A DNA stretch of 64,000 nt, taken from Centroscyllium fabricii (Eukaryota). Positions 12,191 to 23,951 of this stretch are shown here, piece by piece. Position 1 is the first letter of the stretch. Each line of letters starts with the position of its first letter. The stretch covers positions 372,001 to 436,000 of the forward strand of contig JBNRSN020000065.1 in the NCBI GenBank assembly GCA_051313645.2, read 5' to 3'. The notes under the pieces are model-generated. The model did not search any database. It was not told the origin of the DNA and saw only the letters and a list, made by a program, of their open reading frames with translations. Position numbers and translations under genes: made by a program.

Positions 12191-12693
12191 ATGTATTTGT
12201 TGCTGAGTTTCATAGTCCTCTTCCAAAGTAAGTTATACTTTGAAACAATAATCTTTGTTAATAATCTTTCTTTACTTTTTCTTTCCTTCCCTCGTTGGTT
12301 CCTTCATTCTTTATTTATTCCTTTATTTCCTTATTTCTTTCCTCACAACCCAAATGCTCTGACTACTGACCTCCTCCTCTCCCTGTCTCTTTCTCAGATG
12401 TGAACTCGCGGACTGTCCGCCAGATTCCCGCCGCTATCTCCAGGTTTACTCGGGAAGGAGTCGAACTAAAGTGCGCCGTGGAGGGCGCCAGTAGCGGTGG
12501 CATGTGCTGGTACCGACAGGACCCGGGGAAGGGGCCGCAGTTGATGTTTTCCTCCCCTGTTGTACAAAGCGTGAATCCAGAGGGGGCGGGGGACGGTTTT
12601 ACCGCCGAGCGAGCGACGGGCAACGAGTTCAACCTGAAGGCCTCCCGTCTGCGGGCGGATCACTCGGCCGTGTATTACTGCGCCTGGAGTCTT
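12191..12693 (+). CDS. TRBV: TRBV30-like V segment V4 (family B); leader 12191-12227, V exon 12398-12693
   Basis: Leader MYLLLSFIVLFQ then a|gtaagt; in-frame acceptor; ELKCAVEG...WYRQ...YYCAWSL. Confidence 0.9.
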
Positions 12694-12732
12694 CACAGTG
12701 ACTCAGGGAGATGGAGGAGCTCAACAAAAACC
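12694..12732 (+). other. 23-RSS of V4 (consensus)
   Basis: CACAGTG, 23 nt, ACAAAAACC. Confidence 0.97.
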
Positions 12733-13584
12733 CCAAAGGCGGCAGCAAACACCTGTTTGAGATAAAACCGCGCTGCGCTGAGTCCTGTTGATTGTATTCG
12801 ATGCAGAGCGAACGTGCGTTTGACAAGATCAAGTGACTGGTTGGAACAAAAGGGCGCAAAAGACAAAAAAGTCACTTGAAAAGTTGCAAAGAAAGATTCA
12901 ATTAGATGTCGTGGAGAACGATAGAACGAAAGGAAAATGGAACAAAGAAAGATAGAAAGAAAGAAAGGATGATGGAAAGAAAGACATAGAGAAAGTAAGA
13001 AAGATGAAAGAAAGAAGAAAGGCAGAAAGGAAGCAAGAAATAAGGGAAGAAAACCATGAAAGGAACAGAGAAAGAAAGATAGAAAGAAGGAAACGATAGA
13101 AATAGAGTGCCGAGCATTTACACAGTGACACTGTGTTTCCTTTCTCTGCAGAGACTGAAGAGGGCGCTCTAGGACCATGAAAGACACAGTAGCTTGTAAC
13201 ATGGTTCAATATGGAATAGGAGGAGCTCATTCAGTCCCGTTCAGCCGGTTATAAAGGAACAGGAGAAGGCCATTAAACCCCCTTGGCACCGTGTACACCT
13301 ATACAGTTGTAGGATCATTCAGCCACACGAGTCTGTTACACAGCAACAGGAGGAGGGCATTCAGCCCGTCGATCCAGTTACATAGAAACATAGAAGATAG
13401 GAGCAGGAGTAGGCCATTCGGCCCAGCGAGTCTGCTCCGCCATTCAATGAGATCATGGCTGATCACCCTAACTCAGTACCCAGCACCTGCCTTCTCCCCA
13501 TATTCCTTGTTTGCTTTAGAATCATAGAATCATTGAAGCATAGAATCACTACAATGCAGATAGAGGCCATTTCGACCCCTCGAG

Positions 13585-13847
13585 CCTGCACCGACACACA
13601 TCCCACCCTATCCCCGCATCCCCACATATTTAATCCCCCTACCACTAAGGGTCAATTTATCCTGGCCAATCAACCTAACCCGCACATCTTTGGACTGCGG
13701 GAGGAAACCGGAGCACCCGGAGGAAACCCACGCAGACACGGGGAGAATGTGCAAACTCCACACAGATAATTACCCGAGGCCGGATTTTAAGCTGTACCCC
13801 TGGCGCTGTGAGGCAACAGTGCCTGCCACAATGACACTGTGCCGCCC
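13585..13847 (-). mobile_element. V-SINE (HE1-like) inserted in a CR1 3' end; duplicate at about 38668-38930
   Basis: V-SINE core ggaggaaaccggagcacccggaggaaacccacgcagacacggggagaatgtgcaaactccacacag. Confidence 0.85.
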
Positions 13848-14329
13848 AAGAGCTCTAAGAAATATATCTAACTCCTTCTTGAATATATTTAATGACTTGG
13901 CCTCAACTACATTCTGTGGTAGAGAATTCCGGAGGTTCGCCACTCTCTGGGTGAAGAAATTCTTCCTCATCTCTGTCTTAAATGGCTGACCCATAGTAAC
14001 TGGATGAGGTCATTCAGCCCTCGAGACTACTGAGCCAGCCAATGAGTTCATGGCTGATGTGTATCTTAATTCTATCTAATTGTATTTGCTCCATGAACCT
14101 TGATACACATACCAAAAAATATCAATCAATCTCAGCATTGATAGCTCCGACTGATTCTCAGCCTGATTTACCCACGTAGTTTCACTAACCGTGGATACCC
14201 TTATCGAGCAAAAGCCCAATTTTGAAATTTCCAGTTGACTTCTGGCCTCAACAGCATGTTGGGCTTGACGTTATCCTTTTTGTCAGAGGAGCCACCATTT
14301 AAGACCATTGATTGGCCTCGATTTAATGC

Positions 14330-14900
14330 TCAGCTGATGCCCCCTATGCCTGGGCTGCCCCTCACCAGATGGACTACCTTCTCTCTATCTTCAGTCTCGA
14401 ATACTTTAAACATGGTAAACACCTCAGTAGGATCACTGCTCTATCTTCAATCCTCAATGGAATACAAGCCTAGTCTATGTAATCTGTCCACATAATTCCC
14501 TGCTTAGCCCCAGTATCATTCCGGTGAATCTTCGCTGCACTCCTGCCAAGACCAATATATCCTTCCTGAAGTGTGTTCTCCAGAACTGAACGTCCTGTTC
14601 CAGATGGTGTCGGACCAGGACGCTGTACAGCTGAAGCATAACTTTCTCTCCTCCGTATTCCAGCACCCGACAGATAAAGGCCAACATTCCTTTAGCCTCT
14701 TTGAGGTTGTACCTGTCTATTGGCCGAGAGCGATTTGTGCAACTTGAATCCTAAATCTCTTTGCACCTCCACAGTTCTCGGCTTTTCAACATTTAGCAAC
14801 TTTTCTGATCTCTCTCTCTTAGGTTGGCAGCGGAGGATCTCACACTTGCCCACATTAAGCTCCATCTACTTCTGTTTTGCTTATACATTTAATCCGTCTG
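14330..14900 (-). mobile_element. Old antisense CR1 fragment directly upstream of the family-B promoter array (homologs near 11700, 23530, 26550, 31010, 39410, 56250)
   Basis: Minus-strand MELNVGKCE...QRDLG...MLQLYSVLVRHHLE motifs. Confidence 0.8.
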
Positions 14901-14940
14901 TGACCCCATTGCACCATTCAGCTCCCGTCTGCTCGAATGA

Positions 14941-15133
14941 CCGCCAATCAGAGAAGGAGTAGCTGATCTGCCAATCAGAGAGGGAGTAGCTGGTCTGCCA
15001 ATCAGAGAGGGAGAGGCGGGTCTGTCAATCAGAGAGGGAGAGGCGGGCCTGTCAATCAGAGAGGGAGAGCCGGGGCTGTCAATCAGAGTGTGAGGGGCTA
15101 GGCTGTCAATCAGAGAGGGAGGGGCGGGGCTGT
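14941..15133 (+). repeat. 27-bp promoter minisatellite (7 units) upstream of V5
   Basis: Unit CTG(T/C)CAATCAGAGAGGGAGGGGCGGGG, ending just before CATCACTTCC. Confidence 0.92.
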
Positions 15134-15265
15134 ACAAATCTCCATCACTTCCTCACGCTCTTCATGTGTTCCTCAGTGATTTGAATAGTGCAGTTTGGAT
15201 CCTCACAAGACACAACTCTGCTGTTGTCACTCCGTTAATTATTAAGAGAACAGCTCCAGTAAAAT

Positions 15266-15770
15266 ATGTATCTGTTCCTCGGTCTGATGATGTTGTTTCA
15301 CCGTAAGGGACAATTTCAAAAATTAATTCTTGTTAATAGTTTTTCTTTACATCTTCTATCTTTCTTTCTATATTTCTTTCTGTCTTTCTCTATTTCTTTC
15401 TTTCTTTCTTTCTTTCTCCATTGCCACGAATGCTCCTATTTACTGACCTCCACCTCTGCCTGTCGTTTGCCCAGACGTGAACTCGCAGACCATCCGCCAG
15501 ACTCCCGCCGCTGTCTCCAAATTTCCTATGGATGAAGTGGAACTGAAGTGCACTGTGGAGGGAGCAAGTATCCCTTACATGTACTGGTACAGGCAATACC
15601 CGGGAACGGAGCCGCAGTTGATGTTTATCTCCCTAACTGTACAAAGCGTAACTGCAGAGGGGACGGTGGAGAGTTTTACCGCCGAGCGACCGAATGGCAA
15701 CGAGTTCAACCTGAAGTCCTCCAGCCTGCGGGCGAATCACTCGGCCGTGTATTACTGCGCCTGGAGTCTG
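15266..15770 (+). CDS. TRBV: TRBV30-like V segment V5; leader 15266-15302, V exon 15475-15770
   Basis: Leader MYLFLGLMMLFH then c|gtaagg; SQTIRQTP...CTVEGASIPYMYWYRQ...YYCAWSL. Confidence 0.92.
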
Positions 15771-15809
15771 CACAGTGACTCAGAGAGATGGAGGAGCTCA
15801 ACAAAAACC
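15771..15809 (+). other. 23-RSS of V5 (consensus)
   Basis: CACAGTG, 23 nt, ACAAAAACC. Confidence 0.97.
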
Positions 15810-16984
15810 CCAAAGGCGGCAGGAAACACCTGTATAATTCAAAACCGCGCGTTGCTTTCTCCCGCTGTGTTGTGTTTTACTGAGCGAACGTGTTTCTGAG
15901 ACGCGTTAGAAGAGAAATGGGAGAGTAGATATAAAGGCACCGGAGAAGGTGCAAAGAAAGTTTAAGTTAGATATAGTGTAGAATGACTGAATGAAAAGTA
16001 GATATAGATAAAAAAAAGGAATAGATATCAAGAACAAAACAGGGATGGAAAGAAAGAGAGAACGAGAGAAGGACAATTAGAATGGCAGAAAGAAGGATAG
16101 AACGAGAGAAAGACGGACATAAAGCAGAGAATCTGTGGATTTTACACACTGACAAAGTGTTTTAATTCTCCGCGGGGATAGCAGAAGGCGCTCTTAGAAC
16201 AGGAAACACAGTTTATTGAATGTTTGTCACCGGGACACCTGCCTCATGTCGGCGCTTTCAGCATCTGTTGGCAACGGTTTAGCCGCTTCTCTATCAGATT
16301 CCAGGGGACCTTTGGTGTGTTTTTTCAAAGAAGCTGCGTATTCAGCGCAGCAAAGATTTAACCCTTGAATTCTCGTTCAGCGCACAGGAACTGAAACCTC
16401 CACTGCCTGAAACAGGAAAGCATTTTCTCCCAACAATGTTGCGCGTCATACAGAAACCTACAATCGTACAGCTCAGAAGGAGGCCATTCGTCCCATCGAG
16501 TCTGTGCCGCCTCTTTGAAAGATTTACCCAAAGAGTCTCTAACGGCTTTAACCCACCCTCTTCGATAACACCCATCAACTTGTCCATCTACCCCATCCTC
16601 CCTCACATACGTATCTAACTTCCGCTCAAATGTATTTATGCCCCTTCGCTCAACCACTCCATGTGGTATCAAGCTCTACATTATCAGCACACTTTGGCTG
16701 GAGATATTATTCCTGAATTCTGTTATATATTTATTAGTGCTTATCTTATATTTGTGAGCCCTTGTTTTGATCGCTCCTATAAATGTAGTCTCACTAACCT
16801 GCTCATTCACCATAGCCCATGGTTGTTTTCATTATTTTTCAAGTTTTTATCCAATTCCCTTTTGTAAGTTATTATTGAATCTGCTTTGCACTGCCCCTTC
16901 AGGCAATGAATTCCACATTATAAGAACTCTCGGCATAATAAAATGTATGTTTCCTCATCTCCCGCTGGTTCTTTTGCCAATTAT

Positions 16985-17810
16985 AGGGAGTATAGATAGA
17001 CTAAGAGAGTGGGCATTAAATTGGCAGATGGAGAATAATGTAGTGAAATGTAAGGTTATTCACTTTGGTAGGAAGAATAGAAAAACAGAATAATTTTTAA
17101 ATGGTGAGAAACATTCAAATGTTAGCGTTCAGAGGGATTTGGGTATCCTCATGCAAGTAACAGCGAAAGGGAGCATGCAGGTTCAGCAAGCAATAAGGAA
17201 GGAAAATGGCATTGAAAGGTTTTTGGAGTATAACAGTAAGGAAGTCTTGCTACAATTGGACAGGGCCTTGGTGAGATCACACCTGGAGTACTGGGCACAT
17301 TTTTGTTCTCCTTTTCTAAGGCTTATCGAAGCGCTGCAACGAAGGATCATTAGATTGATTTCTGTGATGAGAGATTGTGTAGAATTGGTCTATACTCTCT
17401 GGAGTTTTGAAGAATGAGAGATGAACTTATTGAAACAAAACGAATACTGAAGAGAATTCACAGGGTAGATGCTGAAAGGTTGTTTCTCCTGATTGGAGTG
17501 TGTAGAACTAGGGGGCATAGTCTCAGGATAAGGGGTAGTCAATTTGAGACTGAGCCGTGGAGACATTTCTTCAAACAGGGAGCTGTGAATCTTTGAGATT
17601 CTCTACTCCAGAGGGCCGTGAATGCTGAGCTTTTGAGTATATTCAAGGCTGAGATAGATAGAAGTTTGGACTCTAGGGGAATCAATGAATGTGGAGATGG
17701 GGCAGGAAATTCTACTAGACGTCGATGATCAGCCATGATCTTATTGACTGGCGGAGCAGACTCGAGGGGCCTATGTCTTAATCCTGCACTTATTTCTATG
17801 TTCGTATGCT
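16985..17810 (+). mobile_element. Degraded CR1 LINE 3' part (copies near 33712, 42205, 58972)
   Basis: WQMENNVVKCKVIHFG, LVRSHLEY and RTRGHSLRIRG motifs. Confidence 0.85.
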
Positions 17811-18112
17811 CTTATCTTAAGTCTGTGTGATCTAATTTTCTAACAACCTGTCAGTGGATATAGTTCCCCCCTATCAACTCTCTCAAAGCCCTACATGATT
17901 TTGAACACACCTATTAATTCTCTCCTTGACCTTCTGTGCTGCACGGCTCTATGACGGAATGGGATGGAGCGTGGCTTACGTAGGAAGTGACGTAAGAGTG
18001 ACAATTGCAAACGGACGCTTCGTATTTAGTCAGATCCAACGAGAGGGTGCCTTTAAACGTGGTATTGAGCGACACCCGATCACATAGCGAGCCAATGTCG
18101 AATGAATAAACC

Positions 18113-19027
18113 ATGTTTCATGAAGCTCATTATCTAGCGTTGATGGTGACACTGATCCCAAGTAAGTCAAAATAACAAACTTACGCAGAGGTCTTTGTAG
18201 AATAATATATTTAATGTCAGCTGTGGTTCAGCTGGTGGTACCTTTGCCTCTGAATCACAGGTTTTGGTATGCAGTCTTACTCCTGAAACTTGGGAACAAA
18301 ATCAATGCTGACACACCCGAGACCAGCACGGAGGGAGAGCTGGACTTTCAGAGGTGCCGTCTTTCAGATGAGGCCTTAAAACCAGCTCAGGTGGAGGTAA
18401 ATGATCCCAGGACACTATTGGAAGGAGAGCAGCTTCCTTTTCTCCGGTGCCCTGGGTCAACATTAATCCCAAAACAAACTCCAAAAATCATGATGTACTG
18501 GTCATTTATTTCAGTGCAGTATGTGGGAGCATTCCGTGCTCAAATTGACTGTCTCCTATCCTACATTACTACATGGACGACACTTTAATCAGTCCTTCAT
18601 TGGTTGCAAAGTGCTTTGTGATTTTTCTGAGGTCGTGAATGCGCTTTATGAATGGAAGCTCCTTTTCTCTGTAATCTGCGCTCTGATCAATTATTGACAA
18701 AAATAAGAAATTAATCGATCTTGCATTCGACAGGAATACTCGCCTCGTTCGTGGAGCAGTCGCCTTCTATCCTATCGATTGGAACAGGAGAGTCGACCAT
18801 GCTCAGATGCACGCTGACGAATACTGACTATCGCTATATGTACTGGTACAGACAACAACCCGACCGGGCACTAGAAATTATTTTCTATTCTGTAGGAGAA
18901 GATGGTGTTACGATCTACACATCGGAGTCTTTTAAGCCCGAAAGAAGCAGCACCACGCTGTTTACTTTGGAACTGAGCGCCGCCTCTCGGTCTCACACCG
19001 CTGTCTATTACTGTGCTTGTAGTATCG
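18113..19027 (+). CDS. TRBV: TCR beta-type V segment V6 (family A); leader 18113-18161, V exon 18734-19027
   Basis: Leader MFHEAHYLALMVTLIP then a|gtaagt; intact V domain ending YYCACSI. Confidence 0.9.
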
Positions 19028-19065
19028 CACAGCGTTTGAGAAAGCGGCTCCCCGATATAAAAACT
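19028..19065 (+). other. Variant RSS of V6 (22-bp spacer, altered nonamer)
   Basis: CACAGCG, 22 nt (one C fewer than V1, V12 and V16), ATAAAAACT. Confidence 0.85.
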
Positions 19066-19365
19066 TGCAACTGATGAATGGGAGTTCAGTGCTCACTTTC
19101 CGCCACCAGCTGGCAGCACCAGGCATTCTTCAGTGCTTCCTTTCTGCTTCGCTCCGTCCCCTGCTCTGCTCCCCCCGATCCTACTCCTCCCTGTCCCGCC
19201 CCTCGCATCCCCTATTCCCTCCTCTCCCCACTTCGCATTAAATGATTGGGGGCAAGATGGTGAGGCGCGTCGTCTGAAGTTATACGTCATCCCTGCCCTT
19301 CAACAAGTAACTGATCCGTGTATTTGCGGAAGGATCAGGAGGTGGAGAGCGAGATGGAAGTGTGT

Positions 19366-19908
19366 TCGCCTCATCTGAGGAAGTACGTTCTTGCCATTGA
19401 AGGAGTGCAGCGAAGATTCACCAGGCTGATACCTGGGATGGCAGGAATGACGTATGGGGAGAGATTGAGTCGATTGGGCTTATACTCACTGGAGTTCAGA
19501 CGATTGAGAGGTGATCTCATCGAAACCTATAACATTCTGTCAGGCCTGGACAGACTTGGGGCAGGAATGATGTTCCCGATGGTCGGGGAGTCCAGAAGCA
19601 GGGGTCATATTCTAAGGATAAGGGGAAAGCCATTTATGACTGAGATGAGGGGGAATTTCTTCACCCAGAGAGAGGTGAACCTGTGGAATTCTCTGCAACA
19701 TAGACAGTGGAGGCCGGTTCATTAAATATATTCAAGAAGGATTTGGATATATTTCTTTAGGTTGAAGCGATCAATGGATTTGGGGAGAAGGCAGGGACAG
19801 GGTACTGAATCTGAAAGATCAGTCATGATCTCATTGAATGGCGGAGCAGGCTGGAAGGGCCGAATAGCCTACTCCTGCTCCTATCTTCTCTGTTTCTATG
19901 TTTCTATG
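19366..19908 (+). mobile_element. CR1 LINE 3' end (copies near 44581 and 61342)
   Basis: SPHLRK..AIEGVQRRFTRLIPGM motif and a (tttctatg)n tail. Confidence 0.88.
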
Positions 19909-20109
19909 TCATGGGACCACTGTCTGAGTCTGGCGGTCAGCTCTGCTCAGCGCACGTTTAACTTGCAATGCAGTTTGGTTCAAAATAGAGAAAGTGAGAG
20001 AGAAAGAGGGAAACAGAAACAGAAGCAGAAGATAGGAGCACGAGTAGGCCATTCGGCCCTTCGAGCCTGCTCCGCCATTCAATGCGATCATGGCTGATCA
20101 TCATGGTGA

Positions 20110-20520
20110 GTGAGGGAGACAGATAGAGACAGGTTGAGAAAATGAGCGAGAGAGATAGAGAGACATTCACAGACACAGCCAGGGAGACAGACAGAGAGAA
20201 AACCATGCAGATAGAGGGAGACACGCACAAAATCAGATAGAGAGAATTACCCGGAGAGCGAGAGAAGTATGGACAGAGAAAGAGAGGAACGGGAAAAGAG
20301 TGAGACAGAAAGACAGAGCCAGGCAGAGAAACAGAGCGAGATAGATAGAGAGACATTCACATACACAGCCAGGGAGACAGACAGAGAGATAACCATGCAG
20401 GAAGAGGCAGACACGCACCAAATCAGATAGAGAGAGTTATCCGGACAATGAGAGAAGTATGGACAGAGAAAGAGAGCAAAGGGAAGAGAGCGAGACACAG
20501 AGAGAGAGAGAGAGATTAAG
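20110..20520 (+). repeat. GA-rich tandem duplication, unit about 190 bp, two copies (also near 45325 and 62086)
   Basis: gagatagagagacattcac...gagaagtatggacagagaaagagag occurs twice. Confidence 0.8.
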
Positions 20521-20546
20521 GGAGCGAGGTAGAACGGAAAGACATT

Positions 20547-21269
20547 GGCCCAGAAATTGCAGTGGAGCCTTCGGCGGGTGCAGTACTTGCTTAACGCACT
20601 TTAATTGCCCATATTCAGTTTTGCTTTTGTGCACTGAGAAATTCCCGTTAGCCCAGCCTGTCAGAGCTCCATGGGAGTTGCATGGGCATCTGAAGGACGT
20701 AATTAGTGCGAGGTGGCTTTTGGGACCACGTGATTGGCAGCGAGAAATCTGTGCGAGTTTTGAAAAGAGAGATTCCCAAAAGACATCTAAAAACAAAAAT
20801 AAAATTTTACAAACACCACATTTTTTAAACATTACCCCAACTAACACAAATAACCTATTTTAAAGAAAAAAGAAAAATTTGCAGCAAAATTTTTCAACTT
20901 CCAACAGGTCTAAAAAAATAGTTACCTGTCTTTAAAGTTATCAACAATTAAAAACCTGAAAAAACAACAATTAAAATCAATAAAATACACACTTGCCAGA
21001 TAAAAACGGATGTTTACGACTCCTATTTTCCAGCGTTGAATTTTCTGCTCTTGGTCCGTAGAAAAACTTAAAAAAAATATCGGAAAGACTGGGTGATCCC
21101 GTAGTTCGCTGCTTCCTGCGCTGGACCTCGCAGGAAGCAGCGACTCCCCCCGCCCCCCCGCTGGGCGGCACAGGCAAACCCGAAGCGTGCGCTCCGGCTG
21201 CTTCCTGCGGGTTTAAGCTCTGGTGTGCTCGCACCAAACCCGATATGCGCAGACTGCAATTTCTGGGCC
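20547..21269. mobile_element. Non-autonomous DNA transposon (MITE, PIF/Harbinger-like)
   Basis: 17-bp terminal inverted repeats GGCCCAGAAATTGCAGT / ACTGCAATTTCTGGGCC, flanked by a 3-bp ATT duplication. Confidence 0.8.
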
Positions 21270-21449
21270 ATTGGCAAACACGTCGATTGCGATTGGTTGA
21301 ACTGGAGAGAGGAAGCTTGTCCTTGCCTCTATTACTTGTTTCTATTCATGTTTTCCTCAATGATTTGAGAAATGCGGGTTTAATCCTCTGAAAACTCCAC
21401 GCTCCTGGTCTCGCCCATCACATATTAAACACAAACCTTAAAATAAATG

Positions 21450-21486
21450 ATGTATGTGTCACTGGGCCTAATGATCTTGCTTCACC
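21450..21486 (+). pseudogene. Relic family-B leader exon with dead splice donor and no V exon
   Basis: MYVSLGLMILLH then c|ATaagg where functional copies have c|GTaagg. Upstream sequence matches the family-B 5' region; a pyrimidine-rich tract follows, then LINE debris. Confidence 0.75.
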
Positions 21487-22376
21487 ATAAGGCAGCTTTC
21501 TGAAAAATAATTATTGTTAATAACCTCCATTTATTTCTTAATTTTCCCTCACTCTTTCTTTCATTCTGTCTGTCTCTCTTTCTTTCTCTCTGTTTTCTGA
21601 GTGACGTGATAGAGATCTTTACAATTATGAAAGGGGTTCGATAGGTTCGATCCAGAGCAAATATTTGCAGTGTTGGATGAGCAGAACTTTTCTCCTGTTA
21701 ATTATGGGAAGACCGAATTCATTGTTTTCGATCCATGCCACGAATTCCGTTCCCTAGTCGCTGACACCATCCGTCTCCCTATCCGCTGACACCATCCGTC
21801 TCCCTAGCTTCGGTCTGAGGCTGAAACAGACTATAGGAAAACTTGATGTCACATTTGACCCTGAAATGAGCTTCCGACCACATATCCGTGCCATAACTAA
21901 GGACTCCTGTTTCCTAGTTTAATATCAAATGCCGAACAGGAGAGGAACACACAGCCCTGCACGGCCGCTCCGCCACTTAACTGGATTATAACTTACCTAT
22001 ATCTTACCTCAATCAACCAGACTTTACTCCATGCTCCGCGACACCCTAACCCGAATGAAATCTATTAATCTCTGTCTTGAAAACTTCGATTGACCCCCCA
22101 GCATCCGCAGCCTTTCATGAGAGAGTGTTAAGAATTCCACTACCCTTTGAGTGGAGAGGTGCACCAGTCTTTGAGGGCGAGCACGCAGGTGCAACAGGCG
22201 GTTAAGAAGGCAAATGGTATGTTGGCCTTCATATCAAGAGGGTTCGAGTATAGGAATACGGATACCTTACTGCAGCTGCACAAGGCACTGGTGAGACCAC
22301 ACCTTGAGTATTGTGTACAGTTTTGGTCGCCTCATCTGATGAACGATGTTCTTGCCATGGAAGGAGTGCAGCGGCG

Positions 22377-23530
22377 AGATTGACAAGGTCCCGCACGGTC
22401 GACTCATGAAGAAAGTAAGGAGTTGCGGTGTAAGCAACGAAGTAGAGGGATGGATTGAGAACTGGCTGGCTCAGAGGAAGCAGAGGGTAGTGGTAGAGGG
22501 CCAATACTCGAGTTGGAGACCGGTCACCAGTGGGGTGCCACAAGGGGTCGATGTTGGCGCCACTACTATTTGTAATCTTTATCAATGACTTGGAGGAGTG
22601 GACTGAGGGGTGGGTCAGCAAATTTGCAGATGGCACAAAGATTGGGGGAGTAGTGGATGAGGAGGAAGGAAGTAGAAAGATTCAGAGGGCTATAGATAGG
22701 ATGCAGAGCTGGGCTGAAGAATGGCAAATGGAGTTCAACACGGGGAAATGCGAGGTGATGCACTTCGGTAGGGCAAATAGGAAGAGGGAATATAGGGTCA
22801 ACGGCAGGGTCCTGAGCGAAGCAGAGGAGCAAAGGGATCTGGGAGTATATGTACACAGATCATTGAAGGCTGCCACCCAGGTGGACAAGGCAGTAAAAAA
22901 GGCTTATGTTTTATTGGCTTTCATCAACAGGGGAATAGAGTTTAAGAACCGGGAGGTCATGCTACAGCTGTACAGGTCACTGGTGAGACCACACTTGGAG
23001 TACTCTGTGCAGTTCTGGGCACCGTACTACAGGAGGGATGTGGAGGCGTTGGAGAGGGTGCAGAGGAGATTCACCAGGATGCTGCCGGGAATGGGGGAAA
23101 GTCGTACGAGGAGAGGTTGAAGGAGCTGGGACTCTTCTCCCTGGAACGGAGAAGGAAGAGGGGGGGCTTAATAGAGATGTTTAAAATGATGAAGGGGATC
23201 GATAGAGTAAACGTGCAGAGACTGTTTCCCCGGGTGGGAAGAACGACAACAAGAGGGCACGAGCACAAGATTCAAGGAGGAAGATTCAGAAGGGATGGCA
23301 GGGGCAAGTTCTTTACACAGAGAATGGTCGGGGAGTGGAATAGGCTACCATCTGAAATAGTGGATGTGGACAGTCTGGGAGCTTTTAAAAGGATGATAGA
23401 TAGGTACATGGAGGGGAAGGAAGAGTAGGGGGGACAGGAAAAATCAGAGACGGACTAAGCGCAGCACTACATTGAGGGCCCAAGGGCCTGTACAGTGCTG
23501 TATGTTCTATGTTCTATGTTCTATGTTCTA
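22377..23530 (+). mobile_element. 5'-truncated CR1 LINE with (TATGTTC)n tail, just upstream of the V7 promoter
   Basis: DKVPHGRL, KFADGTK and LVRPHLEY motifs with frameshifts; tail tatgttctatgttctatgttcta. Confidence 0.92.
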
Positions 23531-23626
23531 CTTGCCCACATTAAGCTCCATCTACTTCTGTTTTGCTAATACATTTAATCCGTCTGTGACCCCATTGCAC
23601 CATTCAGCTCCCGTCTGCTCGAATGA

Positions 23627-23820
23627 CCGCCAATCAGAGAAGGAGTAGCTGGTCTGCCAATCAGAGAGGGAGAGGCGGGTCTGTCAATCAGAGAGGGAGA
23701 GGCGGGTCTGTTAATCAGAGAGGGAGAGGCGGGGCTGTCAATCAGAGAGGGAGAGCCGGGGCTGTCAATCAGAGCGGGAGGGGCGGGGCTGTCAATCAGA
23801 GAGGGAGGGGCGGGGCTGTT
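23627..23820 (+). repeat. 27-bp promoter minisatellite (7 units) upstream of V7
   Basis: Same unit, counted directly. Confidence 0.92.
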
Positions 23821-23951
23821 CAATTCTCCATCACTTCCTCACGCTCTTCATGTTTTCCTGAATGATTTCAAAGAGCGGGTTGGATCCTCACAAGACCCAA
23901 CTCTCCTGTTCTCGCGCCTTTCATTATTAAGAGAAACGCTTCAAATAAAAT

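Noticed and set aside
12693-13230. Hydrophobic F/L/S-rich minus-strand ORFs resembling membrane proteins
   Set aside because: They are translations of GA-rich low-complexity sequence.
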